Assembly (NCBI GenBank): GCA_965649225.1
Contig: CBFGJX010000006.1
Span: 32,001-96,000, forward strand
Origin: a candidate division WOR-3 bacterium
Lineage (GTDB): Bacteria > Hydrothermota > Tepidihabitantia > Tepidihabitantales > Tepidihabitantaceae
Direction: 5' to 3'
DNA: 64,000 bases
The position numbers and the translations under genes were made by a program. Shown one piece after another: positions 49,662 to 57,868 of the stretch (positions are counted from its first letter, which is position 1; each line of letters begins with the position of its first letter). A model generated the notes under the pieces. It saw only the letters and a program-made list of their open reading frames with translations. It was not told the origin of the DNA and made no database searches.

Positions 49662-50816
49662 CTAGCTCACCGCAAACAGCCGCAGCACCCGGCCCAGCTG
49701 CTCCAGTCCCGGTATCTTCGACAGCAACAGCAGTACCGATGCGCCCAGGATAACCGCAAGAATGATTGCCTTGCCGTAATCCTGGCCCTTGAGTGAACCA
49801 AGCAGCAACGGTTCGCGCGAAAGATAGGCCGATGCCGCATAAAGCTCTTCGCCGATCAGGGTATAGTCGCAGGCGGTGATGAAAAAAGGCAACTGAAACA
49901 CCGAATCGGTACCGGCAATCTGAATTGCCCCGGTCTGGGCCCCGGTTTCGGCCAGAATCAGCGACTCGGCCCAGAACTCACCGAGAAAGAAATTGGTGGC
50001 CGGTTTCTCCCGCACCATCAACCCGTCCACCGCCGCGGCATAGGCGAACTGTTCTGAAGTAATGAAAAACACGTTGTCCGATTTGAAAGCGTCCGGCCGC
50101 CCGGCCTTGGTGTAGGCCTCCTTGACCACCTCGCGCACCAGCGTATAGACAATCGGGTCGCGGTTGGGCACCAGCAGAGCCGAATCGTACTGGGCGGTCT
50201 TCTTGGCCACCTCGCCGAGGATATTGATTGAGGCGATGGTCGCGATGCCTGACACCCCGCCCAGACCTGGAACATAAACTATCGGCCGGCCCATCTCGGT
50301 GGCACGGCCCACCGCCTCGTCAACCGCATCCAGTCCGGCGATGCGCCGCACGAACAGCGGCTTGCCCTTGCGGGCGGTCTCGATGAAGTACAGCACCAGC
50401 GCGAAAAAGACCACCATTGCCACAAGGATGTTTATCCGGCCGGTATTGAAGAACTGGGGTCGGGCAACCACTGGCGCCGATGGTTCGGACCAGCTGGTAT
50501 CCGCTCCCGCCAGCGCCCCCACCCGGTAACGATAGCTGACCCCGTTCGCGACGGTTTCGTCGAGGTAGGACACCTCGCCGGCCTCGGTCGCACCAACGAC
50601 TGTCACCTCACCATCCGGACCGGTCCGCTCGATCACAAAACCCTCGGCACCAGCCGGGGCCTGCCAGCTCAGGGTAATACTGCGGCCCTTGTCGTTAGGC
50701 GTATCCACTGCCCTGAGCGCTGTCGGTGGCAGCAAACCCGGCGGTGGGGTTGAATCAACTGGTGCTGGTGCCGGCTGGGCGGTCAGGACCAGCAGCCCGA
50801 CAAGCAGAATCATCAA
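49662..50816 (-). CDS. Fibronectin type III + DUF6754 domain membrane protein
   Basis: Signal; FN3 (LSW..P, Y.D, YRYRV); TM; RRIAGLDA..EAVGRATEMGRP, ESLILAE, LPFF..ACDY.LIGEELYAASAY. Confidence 0.8.
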   Translation of the reverse strand: MMILLVGLLVLTAQPAPAPVDSTPPPGLLPPTALRAVDTPNDKGRSITLSWQAPAGAEGFVIERTGPDGEVTVVGATEAGEVSYLDETVANGVSYRYRVGALAGADTSWSEPSAPVVARPQFFNTGRINILVAMVVFFALVLYFIETARKGKPLFVRRIAGLDAVDEAVGRATEMGRPIVYVPGLGGVSGIATIASINILGEVAKKTAQYDSALLVPNRDPIVYTLVREVVKEAYTKAGRPDAFKSDNVFFITSEQFAYAAAVDGLMVREKPATNFFLGEFWAESLILAETGAQTGAIQIAGTDSVFQLPFFITACDYTLIGEELYAASAYLSREPLLLGSLKGQDYGKAIILAVILGASVLLLLSKIPGLEQLGRVLRLFAVS

Positions 50817-51124
50817 GCCTCCTTAATCTCTGGCGCAGCCGGCTCACAGCAGCTGCAGGGAACCTGCCGGCACTTCGGACAGCCCTGCCGGTACTTGTTC
50901 ACTGCCGACTCCAGCTCAACACCGGTCAGCGACGCAAGACTGACCAGCCAGGCAAAAACGTCGGCAAACTCCTCCTGGAGATTGGCCGGCTCGCCCCGGC
51001 GCAGGGCACGAGCCAGCTCGCCGGTTTCCTCTACCAGCCACCGGAATGTGCCGTCAAGACCGCGCCGGCTGTCTTTGGTATAGTAGATGTCACGTATCAG
51101 CCGCTGGAACTCGGCTATGGTCAC
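50813..51124 (-). CDS. MazG-like nucleotide pyrophosphohydrolase with C-terminal CxxC..C motif
   Basis: WLVEETGELA, EEFADV.AWL.SLA, KY..GCPKC...PCSC. Confidence 0.88.
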   Translation of the reverse strand: MTIAEFQRLIRDIYYTKDSRRGLDGTFRWLVEETGELARALRRGEPANLQEEFADVFAWLVSLASLTGVELESAVNKYRQGCPKCRQVPCSCCEPAAPEIKEA

Positions 51125-51130
51125 TGCGTC

Positions 51131-51158
51131 AGTATCAGAAAAAACTTTCCATAGTCAA
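51131..51158 (-). promoter_or_regulatory. Promoter of mazG-DUF6754 operon (predicted leaderless)
   Basis: TTGACT-N16-GATACT, 6 nt before GTG. Confidence 0.6.
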
Positions 51159-51382
51159 GCCACCACCGTCTGCCTCCGGCCGCTGCTCGACTGATGGCAA
51201 CAGCCGCTGTCAGTTCGCTGGTGATGCCTGACCATCAATCCCAACCGCCGGGATGCCGTCCGGGCCTAGACTCATCCCCCATCCCGCCTGACCCGAACCT
51301 GCGACGAGAACCGCGGCCGGAACCGTCCGGTAGCCAACCCTGTCCTGGCCGCCTGTCAGGCAAGTCTCTGCTGTTTTGAGAA

Positions 51383-52525
51383 TTACCGCGCTGATTCCGG
51401 TTGCCCGGCGTTCGGGCCTGATTCGTGATGTCCCCGGCGGCTGCCGGCGAAGCTGTGCCGACGACGCTCAATCATCGTGACGAAAGCTTCCAGCCGGGTA
51501 AGTACTCCGGCTTCGGCAGTATGCTCGTCAAATGACAATGCCAGATAGGGCATTGCCAGCCGTTCACTCAGCCGTTCCAGTGTCGGCTGCGCAACCGTAC
51601 CAGGCATGCAACCAAACGGCCCGACATGAATCACCCCGTCATAGCCGTCTTCGACCGCCAGCACAAACTGGCCGATCGAATTCTCATCCTCCCCGCCGAC
51701 ACAATGCTGCCACCACCGCCGCGCCGCGTGTCGGGCCCGAATGACTTCGGTCCGGTCAAGACGCAGTCCGTGGAAGCCGAGCCAGCGGTGAGCAGTCAGA
51801 AACGGCTGTGCCTCCACCCCCAGCTCGCCCAGCCGGCGGACGATGTCAAACGTGACATAGGGCTCAATCACGCAGTAACTCTCGCCGACAATCCGCACCC
51901 GCAACGGTGCCGCAGTACTGCCCCGGGGCAGTGATTGTAGCCGGTGACAGGCCTGCCGTACGATCCGCTTCAGCCCGTCCGGCCGGTCGCACCGGTCAAT
52001 TCGCTCCAGCGCCGACGACCGCAGACGGTTGCACTCTCCCTGGTCCGCCACCCGGGGCAATTCACGGCGCCAGCAGGCATCAACCGTGTCCACTGCCAGC
52101 GACTTGTACCAGCCAAGCCGGGCCGCCCGGGCTGCCCGCAGCACTGCCCGGGGCAGTGAACCGCCAGCCAGTTGCAGCACTGTCGCTGCCAGAATCCCGA
52201 GCCGGTCCCGCCGCAGCAGCAGCAGCCGGGCATGATAGCCCGCCTCCCTGATAATCTCGTACTGCAGCAGACCATAGTAGCCATAGCGACACGACCAGGA
52301 TCCACCGGTGTAGACCAGTGTATCGGCCCCGGTCTCAAGACAACGCACCATGTTACCCAGCGTTATCTTGAACGGAATACACATCAGCTCCGGGGCCAGC
52401 CTGACCCCGGTCTGCACTGCCTCACTGTCCGGCGGCGGCGGCACAACTGCCTCACCACCGAGGGCGCGGATTATCGCCGCAATCGGGATGTGAATCGAAC
52501 CCATGTAGGGAAAAGCAGCCCGCAT
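51383..52525 (-). CDS. CoA-substrate enzyme activase-associated protein (2-hydroxyacyl-CoA dehydratase-like)
   Basis: FPYMG, PELMCIPFK, CRYGYY, VGE.Y, PFGCMP, DEHT.EAG..TRLEAF. Confidence 0.78.
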   Translation of the reverse strand: MRAAFPYMGSIHIPIAAIIRALGGEAVVPPPPDSEAVQTGVRLAPELMCIPFKITLGNMVRCLETGADTLVYTGGSWSCRYGYYGLLQYEIIREAGYHARLLLLRRDRLGILAATVLQLAGGSLPRAVLRAARAARLGWYKSLAVDTVDACWRRELPRVADQGECNRLRSSALERIDRCDRPDGLKRIVRQACHRLQSLPRGSTAAPLRVRIVGESYCVIEPYVTFDIVRRLGELGVEAQPFLTAHRWLGFHGLRLDRTEVIRARHAARRWWQHCVGGEDENSIGQFVLAVEDGYDGVIHVGPFGCMPGTVAQPTLERLSERLAMPYLALSFDEHTAEAGVLTRLEAFVTMIERRRHSFAGSRRGHHESGPNAGQPESAR

Positions 52526-53472
52526 CAGCGCTGGCGCAGCCGGATAACATCAACAAACGACTCGAGCCTGGTCGCCAGTCCGGCCTCACCGGTGTGCTCG
52601 TCAAACAGCAACTGAAGAACCGGAATCCTCTCACCCGAATCCTGAACCATCAACCGGATGAGCTCGTTGGTCACCGCCGATGTGCCGCAGGCAAAACTAG
52701 TCACCAGCAACAGTCCATCCACCAGCCGGCGGCCAATCAGGCCCGCCGCTGCCGACAACAACTCCTGTTCGAAAACCCAGTTCGGCAGAAACCGCGGTTT
52801 GACTGTCGAGCCGGCGGCACCAGCAACCTGCTGCCCTGCCACCGGCACCGCCCCCAATCCTTCAAGTCGTTTCAGAACATCCAATGTCAGAAGCGCATCC
52901 CGCACCAGATAATCGTGCCCGACAACCCCCACCCGCACCGGCCGGCGGCCGGCACAAGCAATGTCGTCATCGACAGCCCTGACCGAGCAGGCGCCGCCGG
53001 GACCGGCAGCAGCCGCAGCGGCAGCATGATCCTGTTGTGCCCGGTTGTACGCCTGCCGCCACTGGCGCCCGCGGCCAAGCCGCTCTGCTATTCTGCGAAA
53101 ACTCTCGGCCTCGCTCATCTGCCGTTCGTCAATCACCAGCTCCACCACCGACAGCCCCGGCAGCAACGCCCGAACCATGTCCGGCAGCGCCATCTCTTTC
53201 GGACAGCCAAAGAACAGCTCGCCCTTGACGCGCCGACAGTCAATCCTCGGAACAAAGATTACATCGACCCTGTCCCGCAGCCTGGTCAGATGCCCCAGAA
53301 AAACCTTGCAGGGCAGACAGAGTTCCGCCGGTGCGAGTCGGACACCATCAACGACCATCCGCCGGTCAGTCGGTTCCGATACCAGCACCTCCAGCCCCAG
53401 TCCAGCCAGAAATCCGCGCCAGAGTTCCAGGTATCGGTAGGTCTGCAATGCCCGCGGCAGGCCAATGCGCAT
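52525..53472 (-). CDS. Acyl-CoA dehydratase activase-related protein (DUF2229)
   Basis: IGLPRAL, ECLP-like ELCLPCKVFLGH, CPK...LPDM, GH.Y, SFACG, DEHTGEAG..TRLESF; start moved to ATG 53472. Confidence 0.8.
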   Translation of the reverse strand: MRIGLPRALQTYRYLELWRGFLAGLGLEVLVSEPTDRRMVVDGVRLAPAELCLPCKVFLGHLTRLRDRVDVIFVPRIDCRRVKGELFFGCPKEMALPDMVRALLPGLSVVELVIDERQMSEAESFRRIAERLGRGRQWRQAYNRAQQDHAAAAAAAGPGGACSVRAVDDDIACAGRRPVRVGVVGHDYLVRDALLTLDVLKRLEGLGAVPVAGQQVAGAAGSTVKPRFLPNWVFEQELLSAAAGLIGRRLVDGLLLVTSFACGTSAVTNELIRLMVQDSGERIPVLQLLFDEHTGEAGLATRLESFVDVIRLRQR

Positions 53473-53483
53473 CGGTATCGGCC

Positions 53484-53544
53484 AATATAAGCCGGCGTCA
53501 ACCCCGGTCAAGACAATTGCCAAGACTGCAGCTGATGCTATGAT
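53484..53544. promoter_or_regulatory. Back-to-back divergent promoters
   Basis: Minus: TTGACC-N16-TATATT (53511-53484); plus: TTGCCA-N16-TATGAT (53517-53544), 5 nt before thiL ATG. Confidence 0.6.
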
Positions 53545-53549
53545 TGACA

Positions 53550-54503
53550 ATGCCGGAACGGGCGAAAAGTGAAACCCAGCTCATCCGCCTGATTGCCAGC
53601 ACTGTCAAGACCCGCGGCCGGGTGCGTGTCGGCATCGGTGACGATGCCGCCGTCCTTGCCGGCGGAGTCGTGCTGACAACCGACGCCTACGCCGAAGGCG
53701 TCCACTTCAGTTCCCGCTATATGTCTGTCGTCACCATCGGTCAACGCTGTGCCTGTGCCGCACTGTCTGATGTCGTTGCGATGGCGGCTGAACCGGAAGC
53801 GCTGGTCGTGGCACTCTGTCTGCCGCAAACGCTGACCCCTGCTGCCGTCAAAAGACTCTACCGCGGCATCGAGGGGGTCTGCGCCCGACTCGGCGCCGAA
53901 GTTGCCGGTGGCGACATTATCGCCAGCGACCGACTGGTCATCAGCCTGACCGCCACCGGCCGAACCAGCCGGCCGATACTCCGTTCCACCGCCCGCCCCG
54001 GTGACACGGTCTATGTCACCGGCACCCTCGGCACGGCCGAAGCCGGCCGGCTCGCACTCGAAAACTCTCTGCCCGCTACCCTTTATCCGGTCCCTGTCCG
54101 GCGCCACTGTTACCCGCTGCCCCGCATCACCGTTATGCGTCGACTGCGCCGGCAAATGCATGCTTTGATTGACACCTCGGACGGACTGGCCACCGATGCC
54201 GCCCACATCGCCTACGCCAGCGGAGTCGCGATCGAAATCGACTGTGCCCGTATCCCGCTCCATCCGCAGACCCAGCGGCTCTGCCAACAGCTCAAACTCG
54301 ACCCGGTGAAGTTCGCCCTGACCGCCGGTGAGGACTACGAACTGCTGTTCACAACCGACTCAAGCCTGCCCGGACAAATCGCCGGCATCCGACTGACCCC
54401 GATCGGTCGAGTATTGACCGGCAAGGGTGTAAAGTACCGACTTGACGGCCGTGCAAGGAAACTGAACCTGCGCGGCTACGACCACCTGGCCAGCCACCCT
54501 TGA
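53550..54503 (+). CDS. thiL: Thiamine-monophosphate kinase
   Basis: GIGDDAA, TTD...EGVHF, LSD..AM, GGD, DTSDGL, GEDYEL, GYDH motifs. Confidence 0.94.
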   Translation: MPERAKSETQLIRLIASTVKTRGRVRVGIGDDAAVLAGGVVLTTDAYAEGVHFSSRYMSVVTIGQRCACAALSDVVAMAAEPEALVVALCLPQTLTPAAVKRLYRGIEGVCARLGAEVAGGDIIASDRLVISLTATGRTSRPILRSTARPGDTVYVTGTLGTAEAGRLALENSLPATLYPVPVRRHCYPLPRITVMRRLRRQMHALIDTSDGLATDAAHIAYASGVAIEIDCARIPLHPQTQRLCQQLKLDPVKFALTAGEDYELLFTTDSSLPGQIAGIRLTPIGRVLTGKGVKYRLDGRARKLNLRGYDHLASHP

Positions 54504-54519
54504 CAGACCGAAGCGTCAA

Positions 54520-54539
54520 TGTCGATAGCCTGTGGATAA
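54520..54539. promoter_or_regulatory. Tandem DnaA boxes
   Basis: Perfect TGTGGATAA (54531-54539) preceded by a 2-mismatch TGTCGATAG (54520-54528). Confidence 0.55.
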
Positions 54540-54617
54540 CTCGGTCAATTCTGCGTAAAGACCGCCAAATCAATCGGTTAACACGGCGGCGCTCCAAAAC
54601 CCGGGCAATCCGGCAAT

Positions 54618-54658
54618 TAATTCAGCAAGTCATTTTTTGTCATACACTTGCTGAATTA
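54618..54658. repeat. 13-bp perfect inverted repeat with 15-nt spacer
   Basis: TAATTCAGCAAGT-N15-ACTTGCTGAATTA. Confidence 0.8.
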
Positions 54659-54678
54659 CACTAATATGATCATCAAGC

Positions 54679-54728
54679 TTGACTACTACATATAGCGCTG
54701 TACTATCCCCTGCGTCTATATGAAGTGT
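54679..54728 (+). promoter_or_regulatory. nrdR-nrdD promoter with two NrdR boxes
   Basis: TTGACT-N16-TACTAT; box core CTACATATAG (54686-54695) in the spacer; weaker CTATATGAAGtgt 30 bp downstream over the ATG. Confidence 0.7.
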
Positions 54729-55196
54729 CCTTATTGCGCCTGTGACGACGACCGGGTATTTGATTCCCGCCCTGTCAATGACGGGGCGGCGGTACGCCGG
54801 CGCCGCGAGTGTGCCAAGTGTGGCGGTCGGTTTGTAACCTACGAATATGTTGAGCGGACGCCACTGATGGTGATAAAACGCGACGGGTCACGCCAACCCT
54901 ACGACCGCAGCAAGCTGATTGCCGGCGTCATGCTCGCCTGCCGCAAGCGACCGGTCAGTCGCGACGCAATCGAGGCACTCGTTGACCGTATCGAAGCGCG
55001 AATCGGCGAGGAATACCGTCTAGAGATTCCGGCACCGGAACTGGGCGAGATGATACTGGAACAGCTGAAGGAACTCGACCCGGTGGCTTATGTCCGGTTC
55101 GCGTCCGTTTACCGCAAATTTGACAGCCCGGCGCAGTTTGTCGCCGAGCTGGAAAACCTGGAGAAGGGAGGCAGCAGTGCCCGATCCGCGTCCTGA
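54720..55196 (+). CDS. nrdR: Transcriptional repressor NrdR
   Basis: MKCPYC, DSR, RRRRECAKC..RF.TYE, ATP cone, VAYVRFASVY. Confidence 0.97.
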   Translation: MKCPYCACDDDRVFDSRPVNDGAAVRRRRECAKCGGRFVTYEYVERTPLMVIKRDGSRQPYDRSKLIAGVMLACRKRPVSRDAIEALVDRIEARIGEEYRLEIPAPELGEMILEQLKELDPVAYVRFASVYRKFDSPAQFVAELENLEKGGSSARSAS

Positions 55197-57639
55197 CCAA
55201 CAACCCGCGGAAGCAGAGAAAGCTCAGCAGCCCGAGCGCAATCAACCGCTGTTCACCTCGGTGCGCAAACGTACCGGCGAAATAGTGCCGTTCGACATCA
55301 CCAAGATCGCTGCCGCGATCTTCAAGGCGGCGCGCTCGGCCGGTGAAGAAGACCTGAAAGAACCGGAACGGCTGGCCCAGCAGGTAGTCGCCCGGCTGTT
55401 TGCCCAGCACGGCGAACACATTCCCGATATCGAAGAGATTCAGGACACCGTCGAGGAAGTCCTGATCAACAACGGCCTGGCCCGAACCGCCAAGGCCTAC
55501 ATCCTCTACCGGGAACAGCGGGCCCAGGCCCGCCGCCGCGCCGCTCAGGCCGGAATCCAGCGGGCACTTTCCGGCAAGACCGAAGCGACCGATTTTGCCC
55601 TGTTTGTCCGGACATCGGACGACATGATCCTGGACTGGGACCGCGCGCGCATCGCCCGGGCGCTGGTGCGCGAAACCAACCTCTCACAGGACATGGCCGA
55701 CAAGATTGCCCTGGAAGTCGAGGATGTCATCTTCTCATCCAAGGTCAAGCACGTTACCTCCAGCCTGGTGCGTGAAATCGTCAACACCAAACTGATCGAA
55801 CACGGCCTCGACCAGTACCGCAAACGTCACGAACGGCTGGGGGTGCCGATGTACGACGTCGAGCGCATCCTGCTTTTCCGCAACAAGGAAAACGCCAATA
55901 TCCCCCACAATCCCGAGGCGACCAACATGACCCTCGCCGAGTGGATCAACAAGCAGTTTGCACTGTCGTCGGTATTTTCACCCGAGGTTGCCGACGCCCA
56001 CTCTTCCGGCGACATCCACCTGCATGACCTCGGCTTCATCAACCGGCCCTACTGCTCGGGGCAGTCGCTGGAGTACGTCAAGAAGTTCGGGCTGTCATTA
56101 CCCAACGCCCTGTCGATGGCCCGGCCCGCGCGGCACCCCGAAACCCTGCTCGCCCACATGGTCAAGTTCTCGGCCGCCCTGCAGGGCCATTTTGCCGGCG
56201 CCATCGGCTGGGACGCGGTCAACATCTTCTTTGCCCCGTTTCTGGTTGGCATGAGTGACCGTGATGTCCACCAGCTGGCCCAGATGCTCATCTACGAATA
56301 TTCCCAGCAGAATGTTGCCCGCGGCGGCCAGGCAATTTTCTCCGACATCAACCTCTACTGGGAAACGCCGGCCCACTTTGCCGATGTCGACGCCATCGGG
56401 CCGGGTGGCAACTACACCGGCAGGAAGTACCACGAATACGAAAGCGAAGCCCAGCGCTTCGTCCGTGCCATCTTCGACGTGTACAAGGATGGCGATGCCT
56501 CGGGCCGACCGTTCTTCTTCCCGAAACCGCTGGTCCACATGACCGAACGGTTTTTCCAGACCCCGGGCTGGCAGAGCTTCCTGCACCAGATCTGTGACGT
56601 TGCTGCCGACAAGGGCAACACTTACTTTGTCTTTGACCGGGGCGAAACCGCCAAAATCAGCGAGTGCTGCCGGCTGAGCTTCCGGCTCGAGCGCTCCGAT
56701 CTCTGTGATGCCGCAACCCCGTGGAAGATGCGCTACTCGGCGCTGCAGAACGTCACCCTCAACCTGCCCCGGGCCGCCTACCTCGCCAACCGCAACGACG
56801 AGCGGCTGTTCTCCAATCTGCGCCGGGCCCTCGACATCGCCGTCCGGGCCCACATTGAGAAACGCGCGTTCCTCATCAAGCTGCTGTCACTGAAGGCCGA
56901 CGGCCCGCTGGCGCTGCTGACGATGGAACGTGACGGCGAACCCTATCTCCGCATGCACCGGGCAACCTATCTCATCGGCATCCTGGGGCTGAACGAACTG
57001 GTCCAGTATCATCTCGGCCGCGAACTGCACGAGGACGATGCGGCATTCCGTTTCGGCCTCAGAGTGCTGGCGTTTTTGAACATGGAGTGCCGTCGGCTTT
57101 CGGCCGAACACAAAATGCATCTGGTACTTGAACAGACCCCGGCCGAGTCCACTGCCTACCGGCTCGCCAAACTCGACCTGGAATACTACCCCGACCAGGC
57201 CCGCAGCACTGTCAAAGGGTCGATTCCGGACAATTCCGCCTACTACACCAACTCCACCTATCTGAATGTCGGCCATCCGATCAGCCCGATTGAACGGGTC
57301 TACAAGGAAGGCAAGTTTCATGACATGATTGACGCCGGTGCCCTGACCCACGTCTGGCTGGCCGATTCCCGGCCTGCGGCCGAAGCGGTCGCCGACTTCG
57401 TTGTCAAGACATTTCGCAACACCCGCAACGCCCAGATTGCCTTCTCGCCCGAATTCACCTCCTGCGGCAACTGCTTCCGGACCACCCGCGGCCTGCAGGA
57501 ATCCTGTCCCCACTGCGGCTCGCCCGACGTCGACTACATCACCCGCGTCACCGGCTACTTCTCTCGGGTGTCGGGCTGGAATGCCGGCAAGCGCGCGGAG
57601 CTGCTCGACCGCTACAAGCCCGGGCTCGGCGACAGCTGA
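55177..57639 (+). CDS. nrdD: Anaerobic (class III) ribonucleoside-triphosphate reductase with two ATP cones
   Basis: HLHDL..PYC, SECCRL, LNLPR, EQTPAES, YYTNS, CGNC..CPHC, RVTGY glycyl-radical motif; GGGAGG RBS before GTG 55177. Confidence 0.95.
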   Translation: MPDPRPDQQPAEAEKAQQPERNQPLFTSVRKRTGEIVPFDITKIAAAIFKAARSAGEEDLKEPERLAQQVVARLFAQHGEHIPDIEEIQDTVEEVLINNGLARTAKAYILYREQRAQARRRAAQAGIQRALSGKTEATDFALFVRTSDDMILDWDRARIARALVRETNLSQDMADKIALEVEDVIFSSKVKHVTSSLVREIVNTKLIEHGLDQYRKRHERLGVPMYDVERILLFRNKENANIPHNPEATNMTLAEWINKQFALSSVFSPEVADAHSSGDIHLHDLGFINRPYCSGQSLEYVKKFGLSLPNALSMARPARHPETLLAHMVKFSAALQGHFAGAIGWDAVNIFFAPFLVGMSDRDVHQLAQMLIYEYSQQNVARGGQAIFSDINLYWETPAHFADVDAIGPGGNYTGRKYHEYESEAQRFVRAIFDVYKDGDASGRPFFFPKPLVHMTERFFQTPGWQSFLHQICDVAADKGNTYFVFDRGETAKISECCRLSFRLERSDLCDAATPWKMRYSALQNVTLNLPRAAYLANRNDERLFSNLRRALDIAVRAHIEKRAFLIKLLSLKADGPLALLTMERDGEPYLRMHRATYLIGILGLNELVQYHLGRELHEDDAAFRFGLRVLAFLNMECRRLSAEHKMHLVLEQTPAESTAYRLAKLDLEYYPDQARSTVKGSIPDNSAYYTNSTYLNVGHPISPIERVYKEGKFHDMIDAGALTHVWLADSRPAAEAVADFVVKTFRNTRNAQIAFSPEFTSCGNCFRTTRGLQESCPHCGSPDVDYITRVTGYFSRVSGWNAGKRAELLDRYKPGLGDS

Positions 57640-57646
57640 ACACAAA

Positions 57647-57868
57647 ATGCGCCTGGCCGTACTGGTCAAGCCTGGCGCGAAACAGGAGCGAGCGATCCGT
57701 CAGCCGGACGGGTCGCTCTGCATCTGGGTGCGGGAACGGGCTCAGGAAGGCCGCGCCAACACGGCGGTCTGCCGAGTCGTCGCCGAAATCTACGGCCTGC
57801 CGCGCTCAGCCGTCAGAATCACCGCCGGCCACCGCAGCCGGCACAAGATAATCGAGCTGCCGGACTAG
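57647..57868 (+). CDS. DUF167 (YggU) family protein
   Basis: VKPGA, EGRAN.A, I..G..SRHK motifs. Confidence 0.85.
   Translation: MRLAVLVKPGAKQERAIRQPDGSLCIWVRERAQEGRANTAVCRVVAEIYGLPRSAVRITAGHRSRHKIIELPD

Noticed and set aside
50813..51124. MazG, DUF488 or EEP genes as an anti-phage system
   Set aside because: Scattered single genes in housekeeping context; no defence cluster
54504..54719. Replication origin
   Set aside because: Only one perfect DnaA box and no dnaA/dnaN context; better explained as nrd regulation
55177..57639. Intein or intron in nrdD
   Set aside because: The extra length is explained by the ATP cones; no splicing motifs seen
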